A stretch of DNA of 64,000 nucleotides from an uncultured Acidobacteriota bacterium (GCA_963796275.1 CAWCKY010000006.1:640001-704000); one strand, 5' to 3'. Counted from the first letter of the stretch, positions 32,856 through 44,014 are shown. Notes: generated by a model from the letters alone, not told the origin. Program-made: numbers and translations.

Positions 32856-34088
32856 ATGTCTCTCAGTTACGGCGAATTCGCGCGCATGATTTATGGCACC
32901 GGCGTCCTATCTGACCCTTGGCTCGGCGGTAGAGAAAGGTTTCGGCTAAACAGCGCCATTCTGACGCGCGAACAGGCGGAGGCCCTGAAAATTGCCGCTG
33001 AGCGCATCGGCCTGATCTATCACGAATTAATCCAGATAGTCCTCAGGCATCCTGAATTACTCGATAGTTTTTTCGATCTCACGCCATGGCAAAAGGCGAT
33101 GTGGCTCGCCTCGGAAGGGCGCTGGCATGGGATCGCGCGCGTTGACCTGTTCATATGCAGTGACGGCGGCGTGCGCACCTGTGAGATGAACTCCGATACG
33201 CCATCGGGCGAGGCGGAGGCCGCGTTGCTCAATCAACTGCTCCATCGATTTTATCCGGATACAGAAGACCCGAACGAGGAGTTAGAAGAGCGGTTTTGCC
33301 GGATGCTCGCCGCATCACATCAAGGGAAAGCTCTCAACAGGATCGCGATAATTTATCCGACCGATCTGCCTGAAGACCTGAGCATGATCGCGGTTTACAA
33401 AAGTTGGCTCGAATCGCGTGGATGTAAAATCGTTCTCGGTTCCCCTTACAATCTAGGTGTTGACAGCCAAAAACGCGTGACAGTTATGGGCGAAACAGTG
33501 GATTTGATCATTCGCCATTACAAGACGGATTGGTGGAGTGAACGTGAAATCGTCTGGGCCAATCAAGCTCCATACGCCGACCCCGACCCACTGGAACGCG
33601 AATTGACACTTCTGCTCGAAGCGGAGCGCGATGCCAGGGTAACGGTAGTCAATCCATTCGGCGCGGTCGTGACGCAGAATAAGAAGGCGATGGCCCTGAT
33701 GTGGGAGCGGCGCGAGTTGTTCGCTGAACAGACCCGGTCCTGGATAAACGAATATATCCCGGAAACCCGCCGCTTGACCTCTCACGATATCGAACATCTC
33801 GACCAGGATGGATGGGTATTGAAATCCGATTACGGCTGCGAAGGAGACTCGGTTGTTTGTGGGCCGTTCGTGAAACCGAGTGATTGGCGGCTCTCTCTGG
33901 CCACCGTAATTCCGCAACATTGGGTGGCTCAACGATTTTTCGAGGTAGAGCCGGCGGATGATGGCTTGCTGCCGAATTACGGCATCTACTTGATCGGCGG
34001 GCGTGCGGCGGGCTTCTATACCAGGCTTTCAGCGAAGGCGACTGATTACAGGTCGGTGACGGCGGCCACTTTCGTCAAAGGCGGATAA
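32856..34088 (+). CDS. Glutathionylspermidine-synthase-like ATP-grasp ligase (no CHAP amidase domain)
   Basis: ARVDL, CEMNSDTPSG (ExNADTP-like), QNKKAMALMW, VLKSDYGCEGDSV and AGFYTR. Confidence 0.82.
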   Translation: MSLSYGEFARMIYGTGVLSDPWLGGRERFRLNSAILTREQAEALKIAAERIGLIYHELIQIVLRHPELLDSFFDLTPWQKAMWLASEGRWHGIARVDLFICSDGGVRTCEMNSDTPSGEAEAALLNQLLHRFYPDTEDPNEELEERFCRMLAASHQGKALNRIAIIYPTDLPEDLSMIAVYKSWLESRGCKIVLGSPYNLGVDSQKRVTVMGETVDLIIRHYKTDWWSEREIVWANQAPYADPDPLERELTLLLEAERDARVTVVNPFGAVVTQNKKAMALMWERRELFAEQTRSWINEYIPETRRLTSHDIEHLDQDGWVLKSDYGCEGDSVVCGPFVKPSDWRLSLATVIPQHWVAQRFFEVEPADDGLLPNYGIYLIGGRAAGFYTRLSAKATDYRSVTAATFVKGG

Positions 34089-34207
34089 CATTTTAAATTT
34101 TACATTTTAAATTTTACATTTTTTGTCATTGAAGAGAAGATATGCAGCTCCATCAATGACACATGAAAATCTAAAATCTAAAATCTAAAATCTAAAATGT
34201 TATCCGC
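34081..34207. repeat. Inverted heptamer arrays (ATTTTAm)n...(TAAAATC)n with perfect 15-bp outer IR
   Basis: GCGGATAACATTTTAAATTTTACATTTTAAATTTTACATTTT ... AAAATCTAAAATCTAAAATCTAAAATCTAAAATGTTATCCGC. Confidence 0.85.
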
Positions 34208-34230
34208 TCAGCGTTAAATGATTACTCACC

Positions 34231-36567
34231 CTACCGTTCCAACTTGATTCGCACCCCGCCTCTCACCATTCGCGGCATTCCCAGGGTTTCCAGGGGCGTG
34301 CGCGCAACAGCGAACCTTTCATCGAACAGGTTCTGTACGGCGATAAAGAGTTCGAAGTTACGTTTGATCGGGCGGGCAACCATTACATCGATCACCGCGA
34401 AACTGCCGAGCGGCAACCGGTTCTGATCATCGTCGAATTGCATGCCGGCGGCTCGAAATTGAACCGCCGCCGTCGCGTATTTAGGATTCGAGTAGAGGGT
34501 CTGAAATGTGAATTGATGGCGCGGGACCTGAGGTATCAACAAACCTTCGAGATTCGGGTCTTGCGGCGCGCGCCGCACGGTAGCTTCTGAAAACAGATAA
34601 CCCGTCGTGATGCTCCAGTAGTTCGAAACGATAAATTCGCTTTCAGCCTCGATACCCAGAGAGCGTGTGCGGCCCAGATTACGGCGCTGGCGTGTGATCA
34701 GAGATGGGGTGACCGAGATCGTGAAATTGGAGATCGGATTGACGGTCTCAGTCCAATAGCCGGTCAGTCGCGCATTCACGCGTCTCGTCCAATTCCAATT
34801 AGCCCCGATCTCCCCTCCGGTTAATCGCTCGGAAGTCAGCCTTTCGTTGGCCAGCGTGAGCGCGTTTCCGACTCTGAATGCCCGATAGAGTTCGTTGAGC
34901 GTCGGGGCCCGGAAAGCCCGGTATGCTGAAGCTCGAAGCGCCAATTGCTCTGTCGGGCGATAGGTCAGAGTGAGACGCGGGCTGAATGCATCTGTCGATC
35001 GGGGTTCGAAGAAAAGAGGGCGGACGGCGCCGGTCGAGAGACTCGTTTCGACTGAAGACGCCGAAGAATCGCGCCAACTATCTATGCGCGCGCTCGCCGC
35101 AAGCTGCCATCGAGGCGAGATGCTGAACAGGTCTTGCGCGAAAACTCCGAAGCGCCTCTGTCTTCCGCCGGCGCTCACGAACGCCGTGGGATTGCCGGCG
35201 GCGTAGCCGGTCTCATCGCTCGTGCCGCGTACACCGCGCACATCGACTCCGGCCACGAACAGGTGCCTACCGAAACTTGGACGGGACCAGTTGAATGAGA
35301 GGCCCGCATCGCGAGACGGGACGAATTGAAGGCGCGTGAGCGATTCAGAGTTGCGATCCGCCGCTACCGCTGTGAAGCTTTGATGGAATCGCTGCTGATT
35401 GGCGAATATGACGAGATTCCAGTTGCTGCCGTCGGAGGTTCGAGCTCGCACGCCGGCGGCTGCCGATTCGGTCGCCGTATCATTACGCTGCAGCCTCGTA
35501 CCATTGCGCCGGTCTTCATCGAAGAGGGCGCCGCGGGCAAAGACGGTGTTTTCACTACTCCAGTTTTGATCGAGGCGCAGAGTAAGCACGCGGTGTTTCG
35601 ACGTCGCTTCTTCGTCAGCCACCCCTCGAAGTTCCGGTGCGATTATGAAATAACCATCGGTGTCAAACGACTCGCCCGAGACAGCAATGCCGAGGCCTTT
35701 CCATCGCTCGCTCGCGAAGAACGAGAGATCGCGCGTGTCGCGCGTGCCGTAGCTCGCCTCGAAATCCATTGCGCCCCGTGATGGAGGCCGCGTGAGGAGA
35801 TTGATCACGCCGCTCAGAGCATCAGAGCCATAGAGATCTGACGAACCCCCGCGCATAAGCTCGATGCGATCTACGGCCGTGCGAGGCACGCGGTCCCAGT
35901 AGACCCACCCGCCGAATGCATCGTTCAATGGCACGCCGTCCGCCAATACGAGCGTGCGGCTGGCTCCGCTGGCTCCGGCGCCGCGCAGTGAGACTCCCTG
36001 AGTAGTGGGATTGGCGACGATGCTGCTCGAGCGGCGAAAGATGCTGAATCCGGGGACCTGGCGCAGCAGATCGTCGAGCGTCTGCGCCCCGGCGCTGTCG
36101 ATGTCTCTCGCATCGAGCAGCGAAACGCTGGCAGGTGCATCGATCAGTCGAATCTCGGCGCGCGCCGGAGTAACCGTTATCTCATCCGATATCCCGCCCG
36201 TCTCGAGCGTAATTATCAAATCCAACTGCGAGTTCTCGCCCTGATTTGAAGGGATGGTTACGCGCCGTGAATGCTGGCCGAATCCTTCGGCTGTGATGCG
36301 TAATTCGTAATCGCCGGCAGGCAAAGATTCGAGGACAAACTTCCCGTCCGCGTCGGTCGTAGTGTCTTGTATGTTTTGATGGCTCGATGTCGCCGAAACC
36401 CGCGCATTTTTGATCGCATCACCCTGCTTGTCGGTGATGCGCCCGGTGATGCTTCCGCGGTTGAAAGTGGCGGGTTGCTGGGCCGGGGCGGTGACCGTCA
36501 ACAGACAGAAGGCGAAAAAAATAAAGGCCAGTCGATGCCATTTGTACTTCAAATATTGGAATATCAT
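34231..36567 (-). CDS. TonB-dependent receptor with N-terminal carboxypeptidase-regulatory-like domain
   Basis: Signal peptide; GSITGRITD...LPAGDYELRITAEGF; plug motifs LLRQVPG, VLADGVPLN, RIELMRGGSSDLYGSDALSGVIN; AVQNLFDE near the C-terminus. Confidence 0.93.
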   Translation of the reverse strand: MIFQYLKYKWHRLAFIFFAFCLLTVTAPAQQPATFNRGSITGRITDKQGDAIKNARVSATSSHQNIQDTTTDADGKFVLESLPAGDYELRITAEGFGQHSRRVTIPSNQGENSQLDLIITLETGGISDEITVTPARAEIRLIDAPASVSLLDARDIDSAGAQTLDDLLRQVPGFSIFRRSSSIVANPTTQGVSLRGAGASGASRTLVLADGVPLNDAFGGWVYWDRVPRTAVDRIELMRGGSSDLYGSDALSGVINLLTRPPSRGAMDFEASYGTRDTRDLSFFASERWKGLGIAVSGESFDTDGYFIIAPELRGVADEEATSKHRVLTLRLDQNWSSENTVFARGALFDEDRRNGTRLQRNDTATESAAAGVRARTSDGSNWNLVIFANQQRFHQSFTAVAADRNSESLTRLQFVPSRDAGLSFNWSRPSFGRHLFVAGVDVRGVRGTSDETGYAAGNPTAFVSAGGRQRRFGVFAQDLFSISPRWQLAASARIDSWRDSSASSVETSLSTGAVRPLFFEPRSTDAFSPRLTLTYRPTEQLALRASAYRAFRAPTLNELYRAFRVGNALTLANERLTSERLTGGEIGANWNWTRRVNARLTGYWTETVNPISNFTISVTPSLITRQRRNLGRTRSLGIEAESEFIVSNYWSITTGYLFSEATVRRAPQDPNLEGLLIPQVPRHQFTFQTLYSNPKYATAAVQFRAAGMQFDDDQNRLPLGSFAVIDVMVARPIKRNFELFIAVQNLFDERFAVARTPLETLGMPRMVRGGVRIKLER

Positions 36568-36674
36568 CAGTTCTAAGCCACCAGTTGGATATTTCTAAAA
36601 TGTTCAGTGATAATCTGCTGCGTTCACTGAAAAAGCAAGTTTCTTTTGCGACGGTGAAGGCCAAAGGGAACGCT

Positions 36675-39393
36675 ATGAATAGCCGGGTTCTGAATATATT
36701 TGTCGGACTGTATTTCCTGTTGATGTTCGTCAATGCGGCGGCTGGAGCCTATCAGACGGTGCGTTCCTGGAAATCATACGATAATGCCAGCGATCCGGGT
36801 TGGCGCGTCGAACCATGGACCGGTCGCATGCGGGTCAGGGCAATCGAATCCGATGCGCCTTCTGCCAGCCCATTGCGAATCGGTGATGAGATTGTGAGCA
36901 TCAACAGCAAACCCCTGGATAACCCTTACAATGTTTTCAAGCCATTCGAGAGCATTCCGCCGGGAACTACGTATCAAATCACCATACGACGCGATGGGCA
37001 AATACTTGATTTCACTTTGAAGACCAGACCGTTTCCCCGGATATTGATGGCGATCGGGCAGATGTGGTCGATCGTTATTCCGGCCATTTTACTGGTTTCC
37101 GGATTCGCGTTATTTCTATTTAGTATCTGAAGATAAATTAGCGCTGCTTCTGGCATTGATGTTCTGCGCGCTGAGCGTAATTTCCAGCATGAGACCGGTA
37201 ACTGGCATATGGCAATGGTTGGCGGCCATTCTGGCATTGGCGCCATATCTTGGCTCATTATTCTTACCGATATTTTTGCATTTCTTCCTTCTGTTTCCTG
37301 ATCCGAAAGGGCAGTTGTCACCATTGCTGCGGAGGTATCCCCGGTTCGAATGGTATCTTTATATTCCGTACCTGCTTCTTATTTTTTCAACCGTAGGAAT
37401 TTGGGCAATCCTATCGTTATTCTCTCCGGGTTTGGTTGATAGCTGGAGACCGAAGTTTAAATGGATCGGGCACCTCTGGAATATCGCGGGATTCGCCTAT
37501 ATCATCGGCGGGCTTGTTTCGCTGCTGATCAATTATCGAGAAACCAGCCACGCGTTGCGTCGCAAGACGCGGGTTGTCGTAGCGGGCAGCCTCGCTGGAT
37601 TATTACTGCCGATGTTGCTCGTACTGGGGGTTGAGTTATTAAACCGCTTTTTTTCGGTTAGCGAGGCCCTTCTGATCTGGCTTTTCCTGGCGGCGGTATT
37701 GGTCTTCCCTCTTTTTCCCTTGTCATTCCTGTATGCCATTATTCGGCACCAGGTGATTCCCGTAAGAATTATCATCCGCCGCAGCCTGCGCTATCTCTTC
37801 GTCCGCCAGGGATCGGTTCTGCTCGAACTGATCGTCGTCGCAGCGGTGTTATCGCTGCTTTTGATATATATCTTCGCGCGGATGCAAATAAGCCATCTGG
37901 CAGTCGGGATCATCTCAGGCGCTGTTGCGATAGCCGCCTGGCAGATCACTCAGTGGCTCCACTATAAGGTTATTGCGCCGGCGATCGATCGCGCCTTCTT
38001 TCGGCGGGCGTACAGCGCGCAGCTGATCCTATCCGAGTTGAGCCAGGCGCTGCGCGTGATGTCAGAGTGGCGGGAAGAGGCGTGGGCATTCGTCAGTATG
38101 AAAATCCAGGAGGCGTTACAGACAGACAATGTCACCATCTTCATACGCGACGATAAATCGGGCGATTATCCGTGCGCTGTCTCATCGCATTATTCCGACA
38201 ATGGCCAGATGGCAGCCGGTTCATCCCCATACATGAAGATGCCAGCCAGCGTGTTGCATCGTCTGACTGAGTCCTGGCGCCCACTGGCGGTCGATTTCGA
38301 AGACTCGAAGTCCTGGGCTTTCACGCTAGACGCTCAAGAGAGTAAAGCCTTAAGGCAGATTCGCTCCGCCTTGATTTTGCCCATCGCGACCAAAGATCAG
38401 TTGATTGGCGTCATCTCGCTCGGGCCGCGATTGGGCGATCTTCCCTTTTCGCGTGAGGACAGGGATCTGCTCGGAGCCGTTGCGGCTCAGCTCTCGTTCG
38501 CTATTGAGAATGCGCAACTCGTTCGGCACAAGGTCGAAGAAGAGCGTATGCGGCGTGAGCTCGAGTTCGCATCCGAAGTGCAGCGGCGCCTCTTCCCGCA
38601 ACGTCCGCCGAAACTCGCACAGCTGGAACTCTGTGGCATCTGCCATCCGGCGCGCGACGTGGGAGGCGATTACTACGATTTTTTGGAACTTGGAAACGGG
38701 CAGCTCGGTATTGCGGTGGCGGATGTCTCCGGCAAAGGCATCTCAGCCGCGTTGCTGATGTCGGTCATACAGGCATCGCTGCGCGCGCAAGCGCCCAAAG
38801 CGAATGGGCAGATGACTGAGTTGATCGCTTCCATGAACCGGCTGCTTTGCGAATCGACGGGTGCCAACAATTATGCGACGTTTTTCTATGCGCTGCTCGA
38901 CTGGAACGCGCGGCGTATGACCTATGTCAATGCCGGACATAACCCGCCGATCCTGGTGCGCGCCGGCGCGCGGGCAAATTCGCAGAATTTCACCAATGTC
39001 GCCAGCGTTGCGAACGGCGTTATTGGGGATAATGGGGCCGCATCTGTCATTTCCACGCAAACAATAGCCCAGGCTTCACCTTCCGAAGAGCCGATCAGTT
39101 TTCTCACTACCGGTGGGCCCGTCATCGGGCTGCTCGAAAATTGCGTCTACGAAAACCACACAATCGAACTGCGTTGCGGCGATGTGCTGGTCGCCTATAC
39201 AGATGGTTTGAGCGAAGCCAGAAATCCCGAGGGCGAGGAGTTCGGTGAAGAGCGCCTGGCGCAATTAATTGCCGATATTTCGGAACTGACTGCCGATGAA
39301 ATGCGCGAGCGGATCATCGCGAACGTACGCGAATGGCAGAAAGATTCGCCCCAGCACGACGATATGACGATGGTGATTGTGAAGGTGAAATAA
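36675..39393 (+). pseudogene. PDZ - multi-TM - GAF - SpoIIE/RsbU phosphatase gene split by a +1 frameshift near 37122-37130
   Basis: First ORF (PDZ: SPLRIGDEIVSIN) stops at 37130; the next frame reads SEDKLALLLALMF into TM, GAF (GVISLGPR) and PP2C motifs GGDYYD, ADVSGKG, NAGHNPP, YTDGL, DDMT. Confidence 0.75.
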
Positions 39394-39404
39394 GAGAAGC
39401 GATT

Positions 39405-39502
39405 CGCCGCAAAAAACAAAAACACATCAAAAGTAAAAATGTAAGAAGATAAATACCCTTACTGTCCTTGGTATTTTTTGTGTGTTTTGGTGACTGTTGT
39501 GA
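39405..39502. repeat. Degenerate inverted A-rich/T-rich repeat between convergent genes
   Basis: CCGCAAAAAACAAAAACACATCAAAA ... TTTTGTGTGTTTTGGTGACTGTTGTG; resembles 61819-61874. Confidence 0.45.
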
Positions 39503-39512
39503 TGAACCTTTC

Positions 39513-40241
39513 TCATTGCTTTTCCAGCAGCGGCTCCAAAACGCGCCACACATTTTCCGTCATTATCTTCTCACCTTCGGCATTGGGGTGGATTCCGTCC
39601 GGCTGATTGAGCTCCGCTTTACCGCCGACGCCCTCCAGCACGAATGGAATAAACGCCACGTTGTATCGTTTCGCGAGATCGCGGAACACCTGGCGATATG
39701 CGCGCGTGTACTCTTCGCCCAGGTTCGGCGGCGCCTCCATACCCGCCAGGATCACCGTCACATCACGTGATTGAGCGCGTTCGATTATATGCGCCAGGTT
39801 CTTCTTCATCTCTGTCACCGGCTGGCCGCGAATCGCGTCGTTGCCGCCGAGCTCCAGTATCAGATACCTGGCGTTACCCTCGAGCGCCCAGTCGATTCGC
39901 CGCACGCCTCCCGCGGATGTGTCACCCGAAACTCCTGCATTTATCACGCGGTACTGGTATTTTTTCTCGTCGATCTTTCGTTGTAATAAGTTCGTATAAG
40001 ATTGCTCCTCGCTCAGCCCATACCCGGCAGTCAGGCTATCACCGAACGCGACGATTGCCGGCAAATCGTCCGTCTTTGCCGGTGAAACAGCGGTCGCAGG
40101 TGCATTTTTGGTCTCCGCCAGAGAACTGTTCTGGGCCTCGGGCGCATTCGATTTTTGACAATTGGCGCCGGCCAGGACGACCGTCAGAAGTATAAAAAAT
40201 TTACAAATAAGCGATTTGAATTTGTGATCGACAACGTGCAT
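39513..40241 (-). CDS. tesA: SGNH/GDSL arylesterase, TesA-like, probable lipoprotein
   Basis: FGDSLTAGYG, NAGVSGDTS, ELGGND, DGIHPN; LAGANC signal; divergent from ybbA-ybbP. Start moved to ATG 40241. Confidence 0.88.
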   Translation of the reverse strand: MHVVDHKFKSLICKFFILLTVVLAGANCQKSNAPEAQNSSLAETKNAPATAVSPAKTDDLPAIVAFGDSLTAGYGLSEEQSYTNLLQRKIDEKKYQYRVINAGVSGDTSAGGVRRIDWALEGNARYLILELGGNDAIRGQPVTEMKKNLAHIIERAQSRDVTVILAGMEAPPNLGEEYTRAYRQVFRDLAKRYNVAFIPFVLEGVGGKAELNQPDGIHPNAEGEKIMTENVWRVLEPLLEKQ

Positions 40242-40299
40242 ATTGCTCTTTGGTCTATGAGTGCAAATAAAAGTCATTGAATCAACGTTTTCAGTCCTG

Positions 40300-40447
40300 A
40301 GCGACAAAGGCGCGGGATGTTTATAGAACTCGTTCTCCCACATCTCACTAGCTCCGGAGGAGCGGCATATGAATGCTTATATGTCGCTTCTCCGGAGCTA
40401 GTGAGACTTGGAGAATCGGGTGCTATATATCGGGCTCCTCCGGAGCC
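40300..40447. repeat. Palindromic element, family 2 (GCTCCGGAGGAGC hairpins), copy A
   Basis: 28-bp arms 40343-40370 and 40379-40406 with 2 mismatches; a further GCTCCTCCGGAGC at 40434-40446; second copy at 57672-57820. Confidence 0.8.
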
Positions 40448-40612
40448 AATCAGAATTGTTGATAATAATCGGCATTAATTTGCACAGTCCCCGTTATATT
40501 TAATAATTACGGGAAATAATAAACGGGAACGCATGCGCTCCCGGTACATCGTTAATCGTCGCAATAACGGCGTAAACGACTTCTCAATAATTTATACTAC
40601 TCGAAGAATAGC

Positions 40613-41326
40613 ATGATTCAATTGGCAAATGTTTCGAAAGTCGTCACTAGCGGCGGCGAACAGTTGACGATTTTACATTCTCTCGATCTGCAGATTCCAA
40701 GCGGACAATTCATTTCAGTCATCGGACCATCGGGAAGCGGAAAATCGACGTTGCTCGGGCTGATCGCCGGACTCGACGCGCCGACTTCGGGCGAGATAAG
40801 GCTCGACGGTAAGGATATTACCAGGATGGGGGAAGATGACTTGGCCGAACTGCGCGGCGAGCTCATCGGCTTCATTTTTCAGTCATTTCATCTCATCCCA
40901 TCGCTGACGGCTTACGAAAATATTCTGGTGCCGATGGAGATAATGGGCGTCAGCAGGGCGCGCGCACGAGCCCAGGCCCTGCTCGACGAGGTTGGATTGC
41001 ACGAACGCGGGCATCATTATCCATCGCAGCTTTCCGGCGGAGAACAACAGCGCGTCGCCATAGCGCGCGCGTTCGCCAATGATCCACAGATACTACTGGC
41101 GGATGAGCCGACGGGGAATCTCGATTCGAAGAACGGATCCCATATTTTCGATCTGCTTCTCAAGCTCAATCGCGAACGCGGCACGACGCTTCTGCTCGTA
41201 ACGCATGATCAACACCTGGCTGGCCTGGCCGACCGCAAGATAGCGCTCAGTGACGGAAGGATAGTGGAAGATATCGAATCACAGACTTCGCGGTTGATTA
41301 CTTGTGAATTAGAACAAAACTCATAA
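40613..41326 (+). CDS. ybbA: ABC transporter ATP-binding protein, YbbA/LolD type
   Basis: [41 protein letters not shown] and VTHD. Confidence 0.92.
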   Translation: MIQLANVSKVVTSGGEQLTILHSLDLQIPSGQFISVIGPSGSGKSTLLGLIAGLDAPTSGEIRLDGKDITRMGEDDLAELRGELIGFIFQSFHLIPSLTAYENILVPMEIMGVSRARARAQALLDEVGLHERGHHYPSQLSGGEQQRVAIARAFANDPQILLADEPTGNLDSKNGSHIFDLLLKLNRERGTTLLLVTHDQHLAGLADRKIALSDGRIVEDIESQTSRLITCELEQNS

Positions 41327-41433
41327 CGTAAATCGGAATGGAACAAAGGCGTAAATTTGCAAAAAATGTTTAAATAGCCTGGGATGTCGCTCTTTTGCCA
41401 TTTTTTGCCTTTATTGTTTCCCATTGCAATTCA

Positions 41434-43965
41434 ATGAAATTCATCATCAACCTCGCTTATCGTGAAATGCGCGCCTCGTGGCACCGGCTGCTCTTCTTCT
41501 TCATCTGCATTGCCATCGGAGTGGGCTCGATCGTCAGCCTTCGTTCGTTAGTCCAGAACATCAGGACGGCTGTCGGGCGCGAATCGCGCTCGCTTCTGAC
41601 GGCGGACGTTCAGGTCTCCACCAATAATGCGTGGAACCCTGAAACCAGGGCGGTGATCGAGAAATACTTCCAGTCTCCGCTCGTCGAGGGACACACGGAA
41701 GTCATTGACACCATGACCATGATGCGTTCGCTCAATGAGATGATCGCCGCACCGAAGATGGTCGACGTGAAAGGCGTGCAGCGCCAATTCCCGTTTTACG
41801 GTGAGATGGTGCTGGGCGATGGACAGCGATTCTCTCACGACTTGTTCAAAGACCGAGGAGTTCTGGTCAAACCCAGCCTGCTCACCTCCCTCAATCTGAA
41901 GATCGGCGACAAGGTGAAGATCGGCACACTCGATTTTACAATCCGCGGCGTGATCGAGCGCGAACCGGGCAATACGATGAACGCCTTCACGCTGGCGCCC
42001 CGCGTCATGATCGATTATGACGATGCGACGGCGGCCGGATTGACCAATATGGGCAGCCGCGCTCGTTATCGCATCCTGTTCAAGACGCGCGAGGGGCAGA
42101 TGGAGCCTCTCTTCGAGCAGTTGCGCGGCGATCTTAAGTCGCAGCGGCTGGTCAACGTCCGGTCATTCCGTTACTCGCAGGACCGCCTCAGCGAATCGCT
42201 CACGCGCGTCGAAGATTACCTGAGCCTCATCGGGCTCGTCATTCTCGTCTTGGGAGGGATCGGCATTTCGAGCGTCACCCGTGTCTTCATACAACAGAAG
42301 ATGAAGACTATCGCTATCCTCAAATGCCTGGGCGGTAATAACCTGCGCGTGCTGGGAGCTTACCTCGCGCAGGTCCTCACGCTGGGGCTCGCCGGAAGCC
42401 TGCTCGGGTTGCTGCTTGCGCACATCTCCGCTCTTTTGTTGCCCAAATACCTGGCCGGCTTCATACCATTCAACGTCGAGTTCGGCTTGACCTGGCAGGC
42501 GTCGCTGCAGGGGCTCGGCCTGGGATTCATGATCGCATTGCTCTTCTCGCTCGTACCGTTGCTGGAGATTCGCCAGATCAGGCCGATTCTTGTGCTGCGC
42601 AGCCTCGCGCCGGAGAAGAAAATCCGGTTCGATTGGGTGAGGATCTTCGCCGGATTGATCGTCGTCATCTGTTTGCTGGCACTTGCAGGCTGGCAGGCCG
42701 GTTCCCTCAAAGTAGGCGGCATCTTCCTCGGAGGGCTCGTCAGCATGACGATCGTCCTGAATTGCGCGGCGACGGCATTGATCAAATTTTTACGCGGATT
42801 ACGACATATACCGTCTTTCGTACTGCGGCAGGGAATCAACAGCCTCTATCGCCCGGGCAACCAGACGCGGATCATCTTGATGGCAGTGGGACTGGGCGTC
42901 TTTCTCATAGTCGCCGTCCGTTCGCTGCAGCTCAATTTGCGCAACGAATTCAGCCTGGATCTCGACGCCGTCCGGGCAGACCTGTATATGATCGACATTC
43001 AGAAAGACCAGCGCAGCGGCGTCGAAGAGATCATCACGAAGTACACGGGAAAGCCGCCTCAGCTCATCCCGACCATCCGCGCGCGCATCGCCGCCATCAA
43101 TAACAACGAGGTCAATCTTGATCGCCTGCAGCCCAATGAGAATCGAGGTATGCTCGGGCGCGAATATATCCTGACTTATCGCCCCTACCTCGAGGATTAC
43201 GAAGAAATTCTCGCGGGCAAATTCTGGGATACTTCGCCGGGCGCTGAGCCGGAGGTCTCCATCGAGGAACTGCTGCACAACGAACTAAACTTGAATGTTG
43301 GCGATCTGATGACGTTTTCCATTCAGGGGCGCAAGGTTACGGCACGAGTCACCAGCATCCGTCGGGTAGACTGGCGCAATGCCCGCACGGGATTTCTCGT
43401 CGTCTTTCGGCCGGGGGCCCTCGATGAAGCGCCGGCCGTTTATATCAGTGCCATCAAAGGTCCAGCCCAAGCCAGCCAACGGTCGCAATTTCAACTCGAA
43501 TTGGTGGACCGTTATCCGAATATATCGGTGGTCGACGTACAGGACATCATCGAAACCGCGCGCGGCATTATCAACAATGTTATGCTCGCGGTAAGTTTTG
43601 TCGGCGGGTTCGTCCTTTTAAGCGGCCTCCTCATCCTGATCGGTTCGATCGCAATGACCAAATTTCACCGGCTCTACGAATCGGCGATTCTCAAAACTCT
43701 CGGGGCGAAAAAGAAGGTGATCGTTTTCACGCTCCTCATCGAGTATGGCATCCTGGGATTGCTCGCTGGGCTGCTCGGATCTGCCGCGGCCATCGCACTG
43801 ACCTGGGCGATAAGCGAGTATGCATTGAGGATCAGCTGGCAGATCATTCCCTCGGTCAATCTGATAGCTCTTGCGGCGACCTCGATTTTGGTGATATTGG
43901 TAGGCGTGCTTTCGAGCTGGGATGTCATGATTAAAAAGCCGCTGGGAATCTTACGATCCGAGTAA
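41434..43965 (+). CDS. ybbP: ABC transporter permease, YbbP/FtsX-type duplicated
   Basis: Two MacB/FtsX halves with IAILKCLG and SAILKTLGA; RRVDW; follows the ATPase. Start moved to ATG 41434. Confidence 0.9.
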   Translation: MKFIINLAYREMRASWHRLLFFFICIAIGVGSIVSLRSLVQNIRTAVGRESRSLLTADVQVSTNNAWNPETRAVIEKYFQSPLVEGHTEVIDTMTMMRSLNEMIAAPKMVDVKGVQRQFPFYGEMVLGDGQRFSHDLFKDRGVLVKPSLLTSLNLKIGDKVKIGTLDFTIRGVIEREPGNTMNAFTLAPRVMIDYDDATAAGLTNMGSRARYRILFKTREGQMEPLFEQLRGDLKSQRLVNVRSFRYSQDRLSESLTRVEDYLSLIGLVILVLGGIGISSVTRVFIQQKMKTIAILKCLGGNNLRVLGAYLAQVLTLGLAGSLLGLLLAHISALLLPKYLAGFIPFNVEFGLTWQASLQGLGLGFMIALLFSLVPLLEIRQIRPILVLRSLAPEKKIRFDWVRIFAGLIVVICLLALAGWQAGSLKVGGIFLGGLVSMTIVLNCAATALIKFLRGLRHIPSFVLRQGINSLYRPGNQTRIILMAVGLGVFLIVAVRSLQLNLRNEFSLDLDAVRADLYMIDIQKDQRSGVEEIITKYTGKPPQLIPTIRARIAAINNNEVNLDRLQPNENRGMLGREYILTYRPYLEDYEEILAGKFWDTSPGAEPEVSIEELLHNELNLNVGDLMTFSIQGRKVTARVTSIRRVDWRNARTGFLVVFRPGALDEAPAVYISAIKGPAQASQRSQFQLELVDRYPNISVVDVQDIIETARGIINNVMLAVSFVGGFVLLSGLLILIGSIAMTKFHRLYESAILKTLGAKKKVIVFTLLIEYGILGLLAGLLGSAAAIALTWAISEYALRISWQIIPSVNLIALAATSILVILVGVLSSWDVMIKKPLGILRSE

Positions 43966-44014
43966 TAAGAGCGGCGAGCGGTACTGATTGTTTCGTATAT
44001 CCATGGGAGAAATT

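Noticed and set aside
39513-43965. tesA / ybbA / ybbP as a novel system
   Set aside because: This divergent arrangement is already known from E. coli and other bacteria.
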